From Roseibacillus sp. (GTDB taxonomy: Bacteria > Verrucomicrobiota > Verrucomicrobiia > Verrucomicrobiales > Akkermansiaceae): 64,000 bases of DNA. This document shows, piece after piece, positions 10,832-20,711 of the stretch. The position numbers and the translations under genes are program-made. The stretch lies in NCBI GenBank assembly GCA_051251855.1, contig JBPOGI010000001.1:1568001-1632000 (forward strand), in the 5' to 3' direction. The notes beneath the pieces were generated by a model. The model worked only from the letters and a program-made list of their open reading frames with translations, made no database searches and was not told the DNA's origin. Every line of letters starts with the position of its first letter. The stretch's first letter is position 1.

Positions 10832-11479
10832 ATGAAATTCCACACTCTCCTTGCTCTAACGACCTTCACAGCTGCCTCGGGTAGCTATGGTTCCCTAATA
10901 TTCACAGGCGTTGTCGACGGCACCCAAACTGGGGGAATTCCCAAAGCCATCGAAATTATGTCCACAGTCGACGGAACCGAGCTTTCAGATTTCTTTATTC
11001 TCCGTGATACGAACGGAACCTCTGGTGGACCATTTACGGTTTCCAGCGACTTTCAGCTTCCAGCAGGAACATTGGACGCTGGAGAATTCTATTACATCTA
11101 TGGTGGCACTTCTTCTGAGACAATCATGGAAGGTTTTGGAATTGGAAACACTGATACGAATGCAGTGGTCGATGGAATCGCCAACCAGAATGGTGACGAT
11201 ATCCTAGCTATCTCAACTTCGTTACTCCCAGCGGACGTCGTCGATGGTTTTGGTCTTCTAGGTCAGGGCGACACTGACTTCTACGCAAATAGTGTTTCCT
11301 ATCGCCAAGCGGGCACCGATGCGAATCCTACCGGTGTTGCTGATGGAGGAAACTTTGATATCTCAGCCTATAGCGACGCTAGTCTTCAAGCAACTTTTGG
11401 AACTTACGTTATCCCTGAACCTACCACAGCTCTTCTGGGTGGCCTCGGCTTCTTGGCCCTCCTTCGTCGCCGTCGCTAA
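10832..11479 (+). CDS. PEP-CTERM sorting-domain protein
   Basis: Signal peptide MKFHTLLAL; C-terminus VIPEPTTALLGGLGFLALLRRRR. Confidence 0.9.
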   Translation: MKFHTLLALTTFTAASGSYGSLIFTGVVDGTQTGGIPKAIEIMSTVDGTELSDFFILRDTNGTSGGPFTVSSDFQLPAGTLDAGEFYYIYGGTSSETIMEGFGIGNTDTNAVVDGIANQNGDDILAISTSLLPADVVDGFGLLGQGDTDFYANSVSYRQAGTDANPTGVADGGNFDISAYSDASLQATFGTYVIPEPTTALLGGLGFLALLRRRR

Positions 11480-11504
11480 TCTCTTTTATTTGTTTAAACT
11501 TTCT

Positions 11505-11538
11505 AAAAAGCAGTCTCATTGCGAGGCTGCTTTTTTTT
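11505..11538 (+). terminator. Intrinsic terminator
   Basis: AAAAAGCAGTCTC-ATTGC-GAGGCTGC followed by T8. Confidence 0.8.
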
Positions 11539-11575
11539 GTGGCCTGCCCCCTCACCTGTCCCTTGTAATCGTCAA

Positions 11576-12994
11576 ATGACCCAACTCCTCCTCACCTTCT
11601 TATTCTGCGGAACCCTTTTCGCTGAGAAACCCAACATCCTCATGATTCTCGCCGACGACATGGGATACAGCGACTTGGGATGCACTGGCTCGACCACCAT
11701 CAAGACCCCCCACATCGACGGACTCGCCGAGCGCGGTATTCTTTGCAAGCAGGGCTATGTCCCCTCCTCAGTCTGCTCCCCGTCCCGCGCCGGCATTCTC
11801 ACCGGTCGCGATCCTCGGCGCTTTGGCTACGAAGGGAACCTCAACAAGGGCGGCGACTCCTATCCCACCCGCCACGACCTCCAGGGCCTCCCCGTCTCCG
11901 AGCACACCCTTGCCGATCATCTCAAAGCTGTCGGCTACGCCACTGCCCTAGTTGGAAAATGGCATCAAGGTACCACCGCTCCATTCCACCCCAACGTGCG
12001 AGGCTTTGACCATTTTTACGGCATGCTTAACGGAGGCCACGACTACTTCCCCACTGCTGAGAAAAACAACCTCCAAGAAAATGGCCAACCTCTCACTGAG
12101 TTTTCCTCCTCCTACATCACCGACCTCTTCACCGACGAGGCCATCAAGTGGATCGGCTCTCAGGAAAAGGAAACCCCTTGGTTTCTCTTCGCTTCCTACA
12201 ATGCGCCGCACACTCCGATGCAGGCCACCGAGAAAGACCTCGCCCTCTACTCTCATATTCAAAACAAAACCCGTCGCACCTACGCCGCCATGATGCATGC
12301 CCTCGATCGTGGAGTGGGCAGGCTCGTATCACACCTCGAAGAATCAGGAGAATTGGAAAACACCCTCATCGTCTTCTTCTCCGACAACGGCGGCGCGACC
12401 AACAATGGCTCATGGAACGGACCATTCGCCGGTCGCAAAGGTTCCCTGCGCGAAGGCGGCACTCGAGTTCCCTTCCTCATCAGTTGGCCCGCCATGTTGC
12501 CCCAAGGCCAAACCTATCAAAAAGCGATCTCCGCCCTCGACCTTCTTCCCACCTTCATGGCCGCAGCAAATTCCGAGCCCCTACCTTTAAAAGCAGCGCC
12601 ATCCCACGAAGATGCCCGCAACCGAAGAAGAGCCAGCCAGCGCTATGGAGACTACGATGGCCAAAACCTACTTCCCAAATTTCTCACCAACGACGACGAC
12701 TCCGAAGAACGCCTCCTCTTCTGGCGTCTCCAAGGCCAAAGCGCGGTTCTCTCCGGAGACCGAAAATTAGTCAAACTCTCCCACCGCCCCGCCCAGCTCT
12801 TTGCGCCCGCAACCGACTTAGGCGAACGCGATGACCTCGCCAACGAAGAGACCGAAGTAATGGCCGAGCTCTTCCGACTTCTCGGCGAGTGGGAATCCTC
12901 CCTCGCCACCGTTCCCCTTTGGGACTCATCACCCCATTGGAACGCCGACTCCGCTAGAATCTACGACACTCCTCCTTCCGAAGAGCCCAAATAG
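11576..12994 (+). CDS. Exported formylglycine-dependent sulfatase (S1)
   Basis: PNILMILADDMG, CSPSR, GKWH, SDNG, LREGG. Confidence 0.92.
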   Translation: MTQLLLTFLFCGTLFAEKPNILMILADDMGYSDLGCTGSTTIKTPHIDGLAERGILCKQGYVPSSVCSPSRAGILTGRDPRRFGYEGNLNKGGDSYPTRHDLQGLPVSEHTLADHLKAVGYATALVGKWHQGTTAPFHPNVRGFDHFYGMLNGGHDYFPTAEKNNLQENGQPLTEFSSSYITDLFTDEAIKWIGSQEKETPWFLFASYNAPHTPMQATEKDLALYSHIQNKTRRTYAAMMHALDRGVGRLVSHLEESGELENTLIVFFSDNGGATNNGSWNGPFAGRKGSLREGGTRVPFLISWPAMLPQGQTYQKAISALDLLPTFMAAANSEPLPLKAAPSHEDARNRRRASQRYGDYDGQNLLPKFLTNDDDSEERLLFWRLQGQSAVLSGDRKLVKLSHRPAQLFAPATDLGERDDLANEETEVMAELFRLLGEWESSLATVPLWDSSPHWNADSARIYDTPPSEEPK

Positions 12995-13047
12995 AAAACA
13001 CTCAGGGCTAAACCTAGCGCTGTGCTAGAACTGAGGTATCATCACCT

Positions 13048-14043
13048 ATGAATCAGTTTTTCCAACAGGCCTACCTGGGCTCTCTCGTCGCTGATGCCCT
13101 CGCAATGCCCGGCCACTGGTACTACGATCGCGAAGCTCTTGAACGCGACTACGGCAAGCTCGACCACTACCAAACACCGCGCAATCCTCACGCTGATAGT
13201 ATTCTCTTCCGCTCCAAATACACTCCTCTCAACGAACAGGGTGAAATCCTTCACGACCAAGCACAATACTGGGGAAAACACGGCATCCACTATCACCAAT
13301 TTCTAACAGAAGGCGAAAACACTCTCAACCTTCAACTCGCCATCTTGCTGAACAAGCTCACCTTGGCTACCGGACATTACGACGCTGGTCTCTGGATCGA
13401 CTTTTACACTCAGTTCATGCTGACCCCCGGCAACCACCGCGACACCTACTTGGAAGAATATCACCGCGGCTTTTTTACCAACTTTTCCAAAGGCAAGGAC
13501 AAGCGCAAATGCGGCATCAAAGATGAGCATATTGGCGGTCTTTCCCAAGTCCCCGCCCTCCTTGCCGCGCTGCCAGAGGACGCCGATTGGCGCACCACAG
13601 TGAAAGAGCATGTCGCTCTCACTCACCGTCACTCCAACGTCCTTCGCGCCGCCGATTGCTTCGCCCGCATTCTGCACGCGATGGAAAACGGCGTCAGCCT
13701 CCGCGAAGCCATCGCCAAAGCCGCCGGAGATTGGTTCTCCACCCGTAAAGCGCAGAAGTGGTCTCTTCGTTCCGACCAAACGATTATTGGACGAGTTCTC
13801 AGCCCCGCCTGCTACATCGACCAAGCCTTTCCCGCCGCCCTCTACCTCGCTTGGAAGTATTACGACGACTTCGAAGCGGGCATTACTGCCAACGCTCAAG
13901 TAGGAGGCGACAGCTGTCACCGTGGCGTCGTCGTCGGAGCCCTGTTAGGTGCCAGTAATGGTGTCGACTCCCAATGGACCGACGGGCTCTACAGCCTCTC
14001 TAACAGCGCCGACCGAATCTCACTCAGTCGCTCAGGTGGGTAA
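13048..14043 (+). CDS. ADP-ribosylglycohydrolase family protein
   Basis: VADALAMPGHWYYD N-terminus; NAQVGGDSCHRG C-terminal motif. Confidence 0.8.
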   Translation: MNQFFQQAYLGSLVADALAMPGHWYYDREALERDYGKLDHYQTPRNPHADSILFRSKYTPLNEQGEILHDQAQYWGKHGIHYHQFLTEGENTLNLQLAILLNKLTLATGHYDAGLWIDFYTQFMLTPGNHRDTYLEEYHRGFFTNFSKGKDKRKCGIKDEHIGGLSQVPALLAALPEDADWRTTVKEHVALTHRHSNVLRAADCFARILHAMENGVSLREAIAKAAGDWFSTRKAQKWSLRSDQTIIGRVLSPACYIDQAFPAALYLAWKYYDDFEAGITANAQVGGDSCHRGVVVGALLGASNGVDSQWTDGLYSLSNSADRISLSRSGG

Positions 14044-14393
14044 GGTTCCTTCGCGTCACTACTCCAGACCACTCCCGGCCAAGCGGGGTCATCGGGCGAA
14101 CGTCCCACCACATGAATGTGCATCTGCCGCACCTGATTCCCAATGCAAGCCACGTTCAACTTCTCCGGCTGGAAATACTCTTCGACCACCCTCGAGACCG
14201 CTCGCAGCAAAAACATGACCTCCCCATATTGTTCCGGGCTCAATTGGTGAAGGTCTTCGATTCCAGACTCCACCTCTGGGACGATAATGACCCAGGGAAA
14301 ATGCTGGTTGTTCTTCAGCAAAACCCGACAGCCATTTCGAACAACGACTTCGACTGAACTCTTGAGGAGGCGGGGATTCACTTCAAACGACAT
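13989..14393 (-). CDS. HIT family protein
   Basis: FPWVIIVP, KLNVACIGNQVRQMHIHVVGR, DPAWPG; overlaps the 3' end of the convergent gene. Confidence 0.88.
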   Translation of the reverse strand: MSFEVNPRLLKSSVEVVVRNGCRVLLKNNQHFPWVIIVPEVESGIEDLHQLSPEQYGEVMFLLRAVSRVVEEYFQPEKLNVACIGNQVRQMHIHVVGRSPDDPAWPGVVWSSDAKEPYPPERLSEIRSALLERL

Positions 14394-14405
14394 GATGCAA
14401 AGGAG

Positions 14406-15647
14406 CTATTCCCCATGCTGCACTCGACGTCGAATGAGGTCCAGCACCACTTGGCTAACCTGTTCCTTGAAAGACTTTCTACCACGTGGGTAACACCTCT
14501 TAAAGACCGCCACTTCCTTCCCCTTCTCGGCGATTCCGATGAAAACCGTTCCCACCGGCTTTTCATCGCTCCCTCCATCCGGTCCCGCAATCCCCGTCAC
14601 CGAGACCGCTAGATCCGCGCCACTCGCCGCCAAGGCTCCCGCCGCCATTTCGCTACATACCTCTTCGCTCACCGCTCCAAAGTTCGCCAACGAGTCCTCA
14701 CTGACTCCTAACATCTGCGCCTTTGCCTCATTCGCATAAGTCACAAAACCATGGGTCAACACCGCACTCGCTCCCGGCACATCCGTGAGTCGGCTGGCAA
14801 TCATTCCGCCCGTGCAGCTCTCTGCCGTGGCCAGCTTCAGCCCACGATTCGTCAACTCCCGAATAACCACCGTCTCCAAGTTAGCGCCATCATCGCTCAC
14901 ATAGAATTTCTCAAAAGCCTTCTCAGCCAACGCTCGTCCCGCCCCCACCGCTTCAGAACCACCAATGAGACGTAAGTCCAACTCCCCCAAACGCGCACAG
15001 TAGCCAAATTCCAGTCCCTCGATCGCCTGCAGCTCATCATCGAGTCCTTCCGCAAACGAGCTTTCGCCAATTCCCACAAATTTTAACTCAATCGCCTCCC
15101 CCGCATCCTCAATCCCCGCCAACGCCTTCAGACGCGGCGCCACTTCAGCTTGAAACATCGGCTGAAGCTCTCTCGGCGGCCCGGGCAGCAAAAAGACCGC
15201 ACACGCCGAAACCTTACCCAAGCGCGGCGGAACATAGGTCCCTGGTGCCGTTCCATTGGGGTTCACCAAGACATCGGAACCCACTGGAACCATCGCTTGC
15301 TTCAAATTCGCCTCCGGAAAATGACCATAACCTCTCTTCTCGAAATACGCCTTCATGGTCCGAACAGCCTCCTCGTCCTGAATCAGCTCCACGCCCAAGA
15401 CTTCCCCCGTCGCCTCCCGTGTCACGTCATCGCTCGTAGGCCCCAGCCCTCCCGTCACAATCAGAGCATCGCATCGCAACAACGACTCCCGCATCGTCTC
15501 CAGAATCGCCTCTCCGTCTGGAACCGTCGTCTGACGCTGAACCCGCAAGCCCATTTTGAGCAACTCCTGCCCCATCCAATGCCCGTGAGTGTTTAACGTA
15601 GAGCCTAACAACAACTCAGTTCCCGTATTCAGAATTTCGATTCGCAC
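14406..15647 (-). CDS. cinA: CinA family protein (MoCF-like domain plus NMN deamidase PncC domain)
   Basis: GTELLLG, GGLGPTSDDVT, LPGPP, AESCTGG, TGIAGPDGG; GTG start. Confidence 0.92.
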   Translation of the reverse strand: MRIEILNTGTELLLGSTLNTHGHWMGQELLKMGLRVQRQTTVPDGEAILETMRESLLRCDALIVTGGLGPTSDDVTREATGEVLGVELIQDEEAVRTMKAYFEKRGYGHFPEANLKQAMVPVGSDVLVNPNGTAPGTYVPPRLGKVSACAVFLLPGPPRELQPMFQAEVAPRLKALAGIEDAGEAIELKFVGIGESSFAEGLDDELQAIEGLEFGYCARLGELDLRLIGGSEAVGAGRALAEKAFEKFYVSDDGANLETVVIRELTNRGLKLATAESCTGGMIASRLTDVPGASAVLTHGFVTYANEAKAQMLGVSEDSLANFGAVSEEVCSEMAAGALAASGADLAVSVTGIAGPDGGSDEKPVGTVFIGIAEKGKEVAVFKRCYPRGRKSFKEQVSQVVLDLIRRRVQHGE

Positions 15648-15735
15648 GCAGGCAGCTTCGTCCCATTCTCGAAATGCTCAAACCCGGATTCAGAAAAATC
15701 GCGACAAGGCTCAGAACAGCCCTTATCTTTTCTCC

Positions 15736-16425
15736 ATGAAGCTTACAGCTCTTCTTACTCTGCTCAGCCTCGGCAGCCTTTCTGCCGAAGTGCGCGACTG
15801 GACCAGCGCAGACGGCACCCGCACCTTCAGTGGCGAAGTCACCGCCTACGAAAAGGCGACCAACACCGTCAAAGTCTCCGTCGATGGCCAAGAGGTCAGC
15901 TTCACCACCGACAAGCTTTCCGAAGAAGACCGCGAATACCTTTCCACTTGGACTAAAGAAGCAAAGCCCAAGATCGAAACCGACGTAGCCCAAACCATTC
16001 CTCTGCTCCTCAAATCGGATAAACTCCACCGCCTGAGCGAGAAAAAGTTCGTGGAGACCGAGCTCGAAAAGACGCCCCAATACTTCCTCCTCTACTACTC
16101 TGCCTCCTGGTGACCTCCCTGTGTCAAAAGCGCTCCACAGTTAGTGGAGAAATACAACAAGCTCATTGGTCCCAATCCACTCTTCGAAATGGTTCACATC
16201 TCGATGGACGAAGACGTCAAGTCCGCCACCCAGTGGGCCGCCAAAGAGTCTTTCCCTTGGCTCACCATTCTCCCCGAGGCCAAGCCCGAAGGCGTGATGA
16301 GCTACTACCCCGAAGAAGGCGTCCCCGAGTATATGCTCGTTGATACCGCTGGAAAAATTGTTCTCGTCGCTCCCGGAGAGCAAGTTTTCGAAAAAATGAC
16401 CGAGCTTGCCAACACCGCTAAATAA
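15736..16425 (+). CDS. Exported SHD1 + thioredoxin-fold protein with in-frame TGA (probable selenocysteine, codon 126)
   Basis: ORFs 15589-16113 and 16144-16425 share a frame; readthrough gives YYSASW*PPCVKSAPQLVEKY; downstream HISMD and GVPEYMLVD; signal peptide and SHD1-like RDWTSADG...LSEEDREYL. Confidence 0.8.
16133..16149 (+). promoter_or_regulatory. Candidate bacterial SECIS hairpin
   Basis: CTCCAC-AGTTA-GTGGAG perfect 6-bp stem starting about 20 nt after the TGA at 16111-16113; G in the loop. Confidence 0.55.
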
Positions 16426-16432
16426 CCTCGGA

Positions 16433-16852
16433 TCAAGCCAAAACCTTCCCTCGCAAACTTGCTGGGGGAAGCTGGCACTCTTCGCTCGCTCCGAACCACT
16501 GTCGGCGATTGCGTGCAATCAGGTCGTAGAACCAGTCGCGAATCGACCTTGGAAAAAGACCTCCCACAACTGAAAGGAAGGCCCAAAACCCTCCCAACTC
16601 CCTCAACAGGGACAGCGCCCCACTGCTTTTAAAGGTCACCTCCTTCCTTTCTCGATCCCAATAGACAAAAGTCTCCGCCCCCTCCCCAGCCTCGGGCAAG
16701 CCTAACTCCTCCCGATACTGCGACGCAAACTCGCTCTCAAGGGCCGCGAACCATATCTCCCCCCGCCGGTCCCTCCTGTGTGTCCACTGAACCGCCGCAG
16801 AACAGAGCAAACACCCCCCGTCAAAAAACACAATCTTACGCGCCTGCTCCAT
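16433..16852 (-). CDS. DCC1-like thiol-disulfide oxidoreductase (DUF393)
   Basis: VFFDGGCLLC (DxxCxxC), RDWFYDLIARNRRQWFG; start uncertain (16852 or 16864). Confidence 0.85.
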   Translation of the reverse strand: MEQARKIVFFDGGCLLCSAAVQWTHRRDRRGEIWFAALESEFASQYREELGLPEAGEGAETFVYWDRERKEVTFKSSGALSLLRELGGFWAFLSVVGGLFPRSIRDWFYDLIARNRRQWFGASEECQLPPASLRGKVLA

Positions 16853-17114
16853 CTTCCGAAACATAGCAGAGCCCTTTCGATTTGCGAATCGAACTTCTGG
16901 AGTGAACAGTGGTTTTGCCCTTTGCGCCGCGAGTGAGAAACCAGTCATCTCGGCGGGATAGAAAAAGAACCAGCCCAAACGACCGGCACAGCCTTCGAGC
17001 GACAAAGGCACCTGCCACACTTCAGAAATAGTTTAACTGACAACCATGAGATTGCTTCGCGACAGAATCCCCTTTTTCCGATAGTAGATAAGGCAAGAAC
17101 ACTTAGAATTTCTC

Positions 17115-18410
17115 ATGCACAACTTCACCTCCCGTCGCCAAGTCCTCAAAACTACTACTGCTGCTGGAACCCTAGCAGCCATCGGAATGCCTCACATCGC
17201 AAAAGCACAGGCTGGTAACAACGAAACAATCAAAGTGGGCATCATTGGATGCGGAGGACGTGGAACAGGCGCCGTTGGCCAAGCCCTCAAGGCAGATCCT
17301 AATGTCAAACTCTGGGCTGCCGGCGACGCCTTCCAAGCCCCCATGGACCGCTGCCTTCAGAACATTTCCTCTTTTGGCGAACGGTCCAAAGTTCCTGCAG
17401 AGCGTCAGTTCACTGGCATCGACTGCTACCAAGACGTCATTGCCTCCGGCGTCGACCTTGTCATTCTCACCGCAGCCCCAGGCTTCCGCCCCCGTCATAT
17501 CGCGGCTGCGGTTGAAGCTGGAATTCACATGTTTGTCGAAAAGCCGATGGCTGTAGACCCAGCAGGCCTGCGCTCTGTGCTCGCCTCTGTCATGAAGGCC
17601 AAGGCCAAAGGGCTCTCAATTCAAAATGGATTCTGCTGGCGATTTCATCCCGCCGTCATTGAAGCTTATACCAAGATCACCTCTGGCGAATACGGACGCG
17701 TCAACGCCGTCTATGGCACCTACCTCGCCAGCCCTGTCCGCCCTCTCGCCAACAACGCCAAGAAGCCCGAGGGTATGGGCTCAGTCGAGTGGCAAGTCGC
17801 CAACTGGATCAACTTTGACTGGCTCTCCGGTGGCCCCCTCCTAGAGCAAGCCATCCATACCACCGACAAAGTGGCTTGGGCCATGAACGATGCCAAACCA
17901 CTCGCTGCGGTCGGAACAGGAGGCAAAGTGGCCCGCACCGATCCCGGCAACGTATACGATCACCACAACGTCACCTACGAATACGCTGACAACGTTTTCT
18001 GCCACGTTGGCCAACGGCAAATTCAAGGCGTGCACAACGAAGTCATTGACCGCGTCACCTGCGACGACGCCACTGTCGTCGGACCTGGGCGATGCTTTGC
18101 CAAGGACCACAAGGGCAAAATGATTTGGCGCTCCAAGGCCAAGCCCGGTGAAGAACAGGACATGTATCAGATCGAGCACAACCAGCTCTTTGCAGCTCTC
18201 CGTGCAGGCCAACAGGTCAACGGCGGCGAACACATGATCAACTCCACCGCTCACGCCCTCTTAGGAGCCTATGCTGCGCAAACGGGTCAGCGTGTCACTT
18301 GGGATGATCTCTGGAAATCCGACCTCGATCTCGCCCCCGAGACTCTCGCTTTCGAAGACGACTTCCAACCCGCCAGCCTTCCGATTCCCGGCCAATTCAA
18401 GCTCGCCTAA
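17115..18410 (+). CDS. Tat-exported Gfo/Idh/MocA oxidoreductase
   Basis: SRRQVLK twin-arginine signal; GIIGCGGRG; EKP; EQAIH. Confidence 0.9.
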   Translation: MHNFTSRRQVLKTTTAAGTLAAIGMPHIAKAQAGNNETIKVGIIGCGGRGTGAVGQALKADPNVKLWAAGDAFQAPMDRCLQNISSFGERSKVPAERQFTGIDCYQDVIASGVDLVILTAAPGFRPRHIAAAVEAGIHMFVEKPMAVDPAGLRSVLASVMKAKAKGLSIQNGFCWRFHPAVIEAYTKITSGEYGRVNAVYGTYLASPVRPLANNAKKPEGMGSVEWQVANWINFDWLSGGPLLEQAIHTTDKVAWAMNDAKPLAAVGTGGKVARTDPGNVYDHHNVTYEYADNVFCHVGQRQIQGVHNEVIDRVTCDDATVVGPGRCFAKDHKGKMIWRSKAKPGEEQDMYQIEHNQLFAALRAGQQVNGGEHMINSTAHALLGAYAAQTGQRVTWDDLWKSDLDLAPETLAFEDDFQPASLPIPGQFKLA

Positions 18411-18419
18411 TCCCGCAGC

Positions 18420-19553
18420 GTGAAACTCTCTTATTTTTGGCTCCCCAGTCTTGTTCTGACCCTCGCTTTTGAGGCGAAGGAAACTACCATCCTTCCCCAA
18501 ATACCAGAGAAACTCCCAGCGCTAGAACAGCTCGAACTCACAAAAAAACTACACGCCTTCATCACTGAACAGGCCAAGCAGGAAGGACACCTAGACTACG
18601 AACAAAAGGTTCCCAAAGCGGACAACCTCCCACTCCAGCTCATCGCCATATCCGGAGGCGACTTTCAATTCGGCGATGCCACAGCCGAACAGCGTCAAAT
18701 CAAGCTCTCCCCTTTCTGGATTTCCGCTACCGAAATCACTTGGGCACTCTACGATCCCTTTTGGCAAAACGACCCAGAATTCAATAACCCCCGCAACAAA
18801 GACGGTAGCCGCGACCGTGACAACGATCGCTACACCGTCGAAAAACCCGACCTCGAGAACTCCACCCTCGTCGACGCAGTCTCCCAGCCGACCATTCAGT
18901 ATCACGACATGTTCATGAACGGCAGCTTCGCTCACACCCCAGAGCATCCCGCCATGGACATGACCAACCACGCCGCAGCTAAATTCTGCCAATGGCTCTC
19001 CGCTCAAACCGGATACTTCTACCGCCTGCCCACCGAAGCCGAATGGGAATACGCCTGCCGCGCCGGCACCACCACTGCCTACTCCTTTGGCGACGATGCT
19101 GAGCAACTCTCCGAACACGCCTGGTTTGTCGACAACGGCGATTTCACCTATCAAAAAGTAGCTCTCAAAAAGCCCAACCCCTGGGGCCTCTTCGATATGC
19201 ATGGCAATGTTGCTGAGTGGACCATCGACGCCCACCACCCCGATCATCTCTCCAAACTCAAGGACGGCACCACCAACCCCTGGTTTTTCCCCACCAAGCG
19301 CTACCCTCGCGTCATCCGAGGAGGCTCTTGGGACGACGATCCCGACATGCTCCGCAGCGATGCACGGCTCGCCTCCGACAAAAATCTCAAAATTCAAGAC
19401 CCTCAGACCCCCAACTCAATTTGGTATCACACCAATGCCCAACACGTCGGCTTCCGCGTAGTGCGTCCGCAGACCATCCCCTCCGTCGAAGAAATGCATC
19501 TCTTTTGGAACTCCGATTTCCTCAGCGTCGAACGGACTCAAGAAGATCTATAG
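18420..19553 (+). CDS. FGE-sulfatase (SUMF1) domain protein
   Basis: RLPTEAEWEYACRAG, PNPWGLFDMHGNVAEW, RGGSW, GFRVV; GTG start. Confidence 0.88.
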   Translation: MKLSYFWLPSLVLTLAFEAKETTILPQIPEKLPALEQLELTKKLHAFITEQAKQEGHLDYEQKVPKADNLPLQLIAISGGDFQFGDATAEQRQIKLSPFWISATEITWALYDPFWQNDPEFNNPRNKDGSRDRDNDRYTVEKPDLENSTLVDAVSQPTIQYHDMFMNGSFAHTPEHPAMDMTNHAAAKFCQWLSAQTGYFYRLPTEAEWEYACRAGTTTAYSFGDDAEQLSEHAWFVDNGDFTYQKVALKKPNPWGLFDMHGNVAEWTIDAHHPDHLSKLKDGTTNPWFFPTKRYPRVIRGGSWDDDPDMLRSDARLASDKNLKIQDPQTPNSIWYHTNAQHVGFRVVRPQTIPSVEEMHLFWNSDFLSVERTQEDL

Positions 19554-19626
19554 CGGAACTTCCTTAACAGACTCCTTTTTCGCTCCAATCATTGCGACTT
19601 CGTCTCAGGTCAGTTACACCGCCCTT

Positions 19627-20226
19627 GTGCAAGTCACCCAAACAACCTTCCTCACATCCTCGCCCGATTTGGCGGGATGCCCCGAGACCCCGTTGTCTGA
19701 AGTCGCCTTCATCGGTCGCTCTAATGTCGGCAAATCCTCTCTCCTCAACATGGTGACCACCCGCAAGGAGCTCGCCAAGACCTCCTCCCGCCCTGGTAAA
19801 ACAGAGCTCATCAACTACTTTTTTATCCCTCCCAAAACAGGACATCTCGTCGATCTTCCTGGCTACGGCTATGCCCGAAAGTCGAAGGAGCGCCGCGACA
19901 TGTTCGCCTCCCTCATCACCGAATACATCTCAGATCGCGAACAGCTCAAACACGTCTTTGTCCTTGTCGATTCCATGATTCCACCCCAACAGATCGATCT
20001 CGACTTCATTCTCTGGCTCGCAGACCTCGGACGCCCTCACACCATTCTTTTCACCAAAACGGACCGAATCAAGAAAACCGCCTTGGCTAAAAACATCGAG
20101 AAGTTTCGGGCAACCCTTGGCGAACACTACAACCCATTGCCAGAGATGATTCTCACCTCTTCCAAAAAGGGCACCGGCAAATCCGAAATTCTAGCGGTGG
20201 TTCGCAACTCCTTAGCCACCAAATAA
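19627..20226 (+). CDS. engB: Ribosome biogenesis GTPase YihA/YsxC
   Basis: GRSNVGKSS, PGKT, DLPGYG, TKTD. Confidence 0.93.
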   Translation: MQVTQTTFLTSSPDLAGCPETPLSEVAFIGRSNVGKSSLLNMVTTRKELAKTSSRPGKTELINYFFIPPKTGHLVDLPGYGYARKSKERRDMFASLITEYISDREQLKHVFVLVDSMIPPQQIDLDFILWLADLGRPHTILFTKTDRIKKTALAKNIEKFRATLGEHYNPLPEMILTSSKKGTGKSEILAVVRNSLATK

Positions 20227-20231
20227 ACTCC

Positions 20232-20519
20232 CTAAACACCCGCAATAAGAGCTAACTTCTGCTTCCTAGTAAGAGATTTGATCCGAAGTTCCTCTTTGCA
20301 GGCCTCTGAGCGATTTCCAATCTCCCTTTGATAAACCAATGTGAGGGGCTGCTTACCACGGGTATACTTCGCCCCCTTGGGACCTTGAGACCCGTGTTCC
20401 TCGAATCTTCTCGCTACATCGGTCGCTATTCCGGTGTAGAGAGAATCATCACCACAACGAATCAGGTAGACAGACCATCGTATCACCGCCACTGCCTCCT
20501 CGCTTTTCTTCCCCTTCAT
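20232..20519 (-). CDS. GIY-YIG nuclease family protein (UPF0213-like)
   Basis: WSVYLIRCGDDSLYTGIATD...GAKYTRG. Confidence 0.88.
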   Translation of the reverse strand: MKGKKSEEAVAVIRWSVYLIRCGDDSLYTGIATDVARRFEEHGSQGPKGAKYTRGKQPLTLVYQREIGNRSEACKEELRIKSLTRKQKLALIAGV

Positions 20520-20711
20520 CGTGCTCCATCGCAGTGTTGCAGTAACCGTCACCATTCCAAGTGAGAAGAATCGTTTTTCTATTCAGGCTTGGAGACCAAT
20601 GCAGCCACTCCAAACTACCGCAGACCAAGAGCTGGCTATCATCAGACCATTAGAAAAACCTTGTTCTTTGACTCTCAGAGCCTTAATGTCCCTTCGTTCA
20701 CCCTATAACTT

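Noticed and set aside
16895..17027. TTCTGGAGTG...CACTTCAGAA inverted pair upstream of the DCC gene
   Set aside because: Too short and degenerate; at best a decayed REP doublet.
20232..20519. GIY-YIG gene as a homing endonuclease or mobile element
   Set aside because: Short stand-alone UPF0213-type protein with no intron context or terminal repeats.
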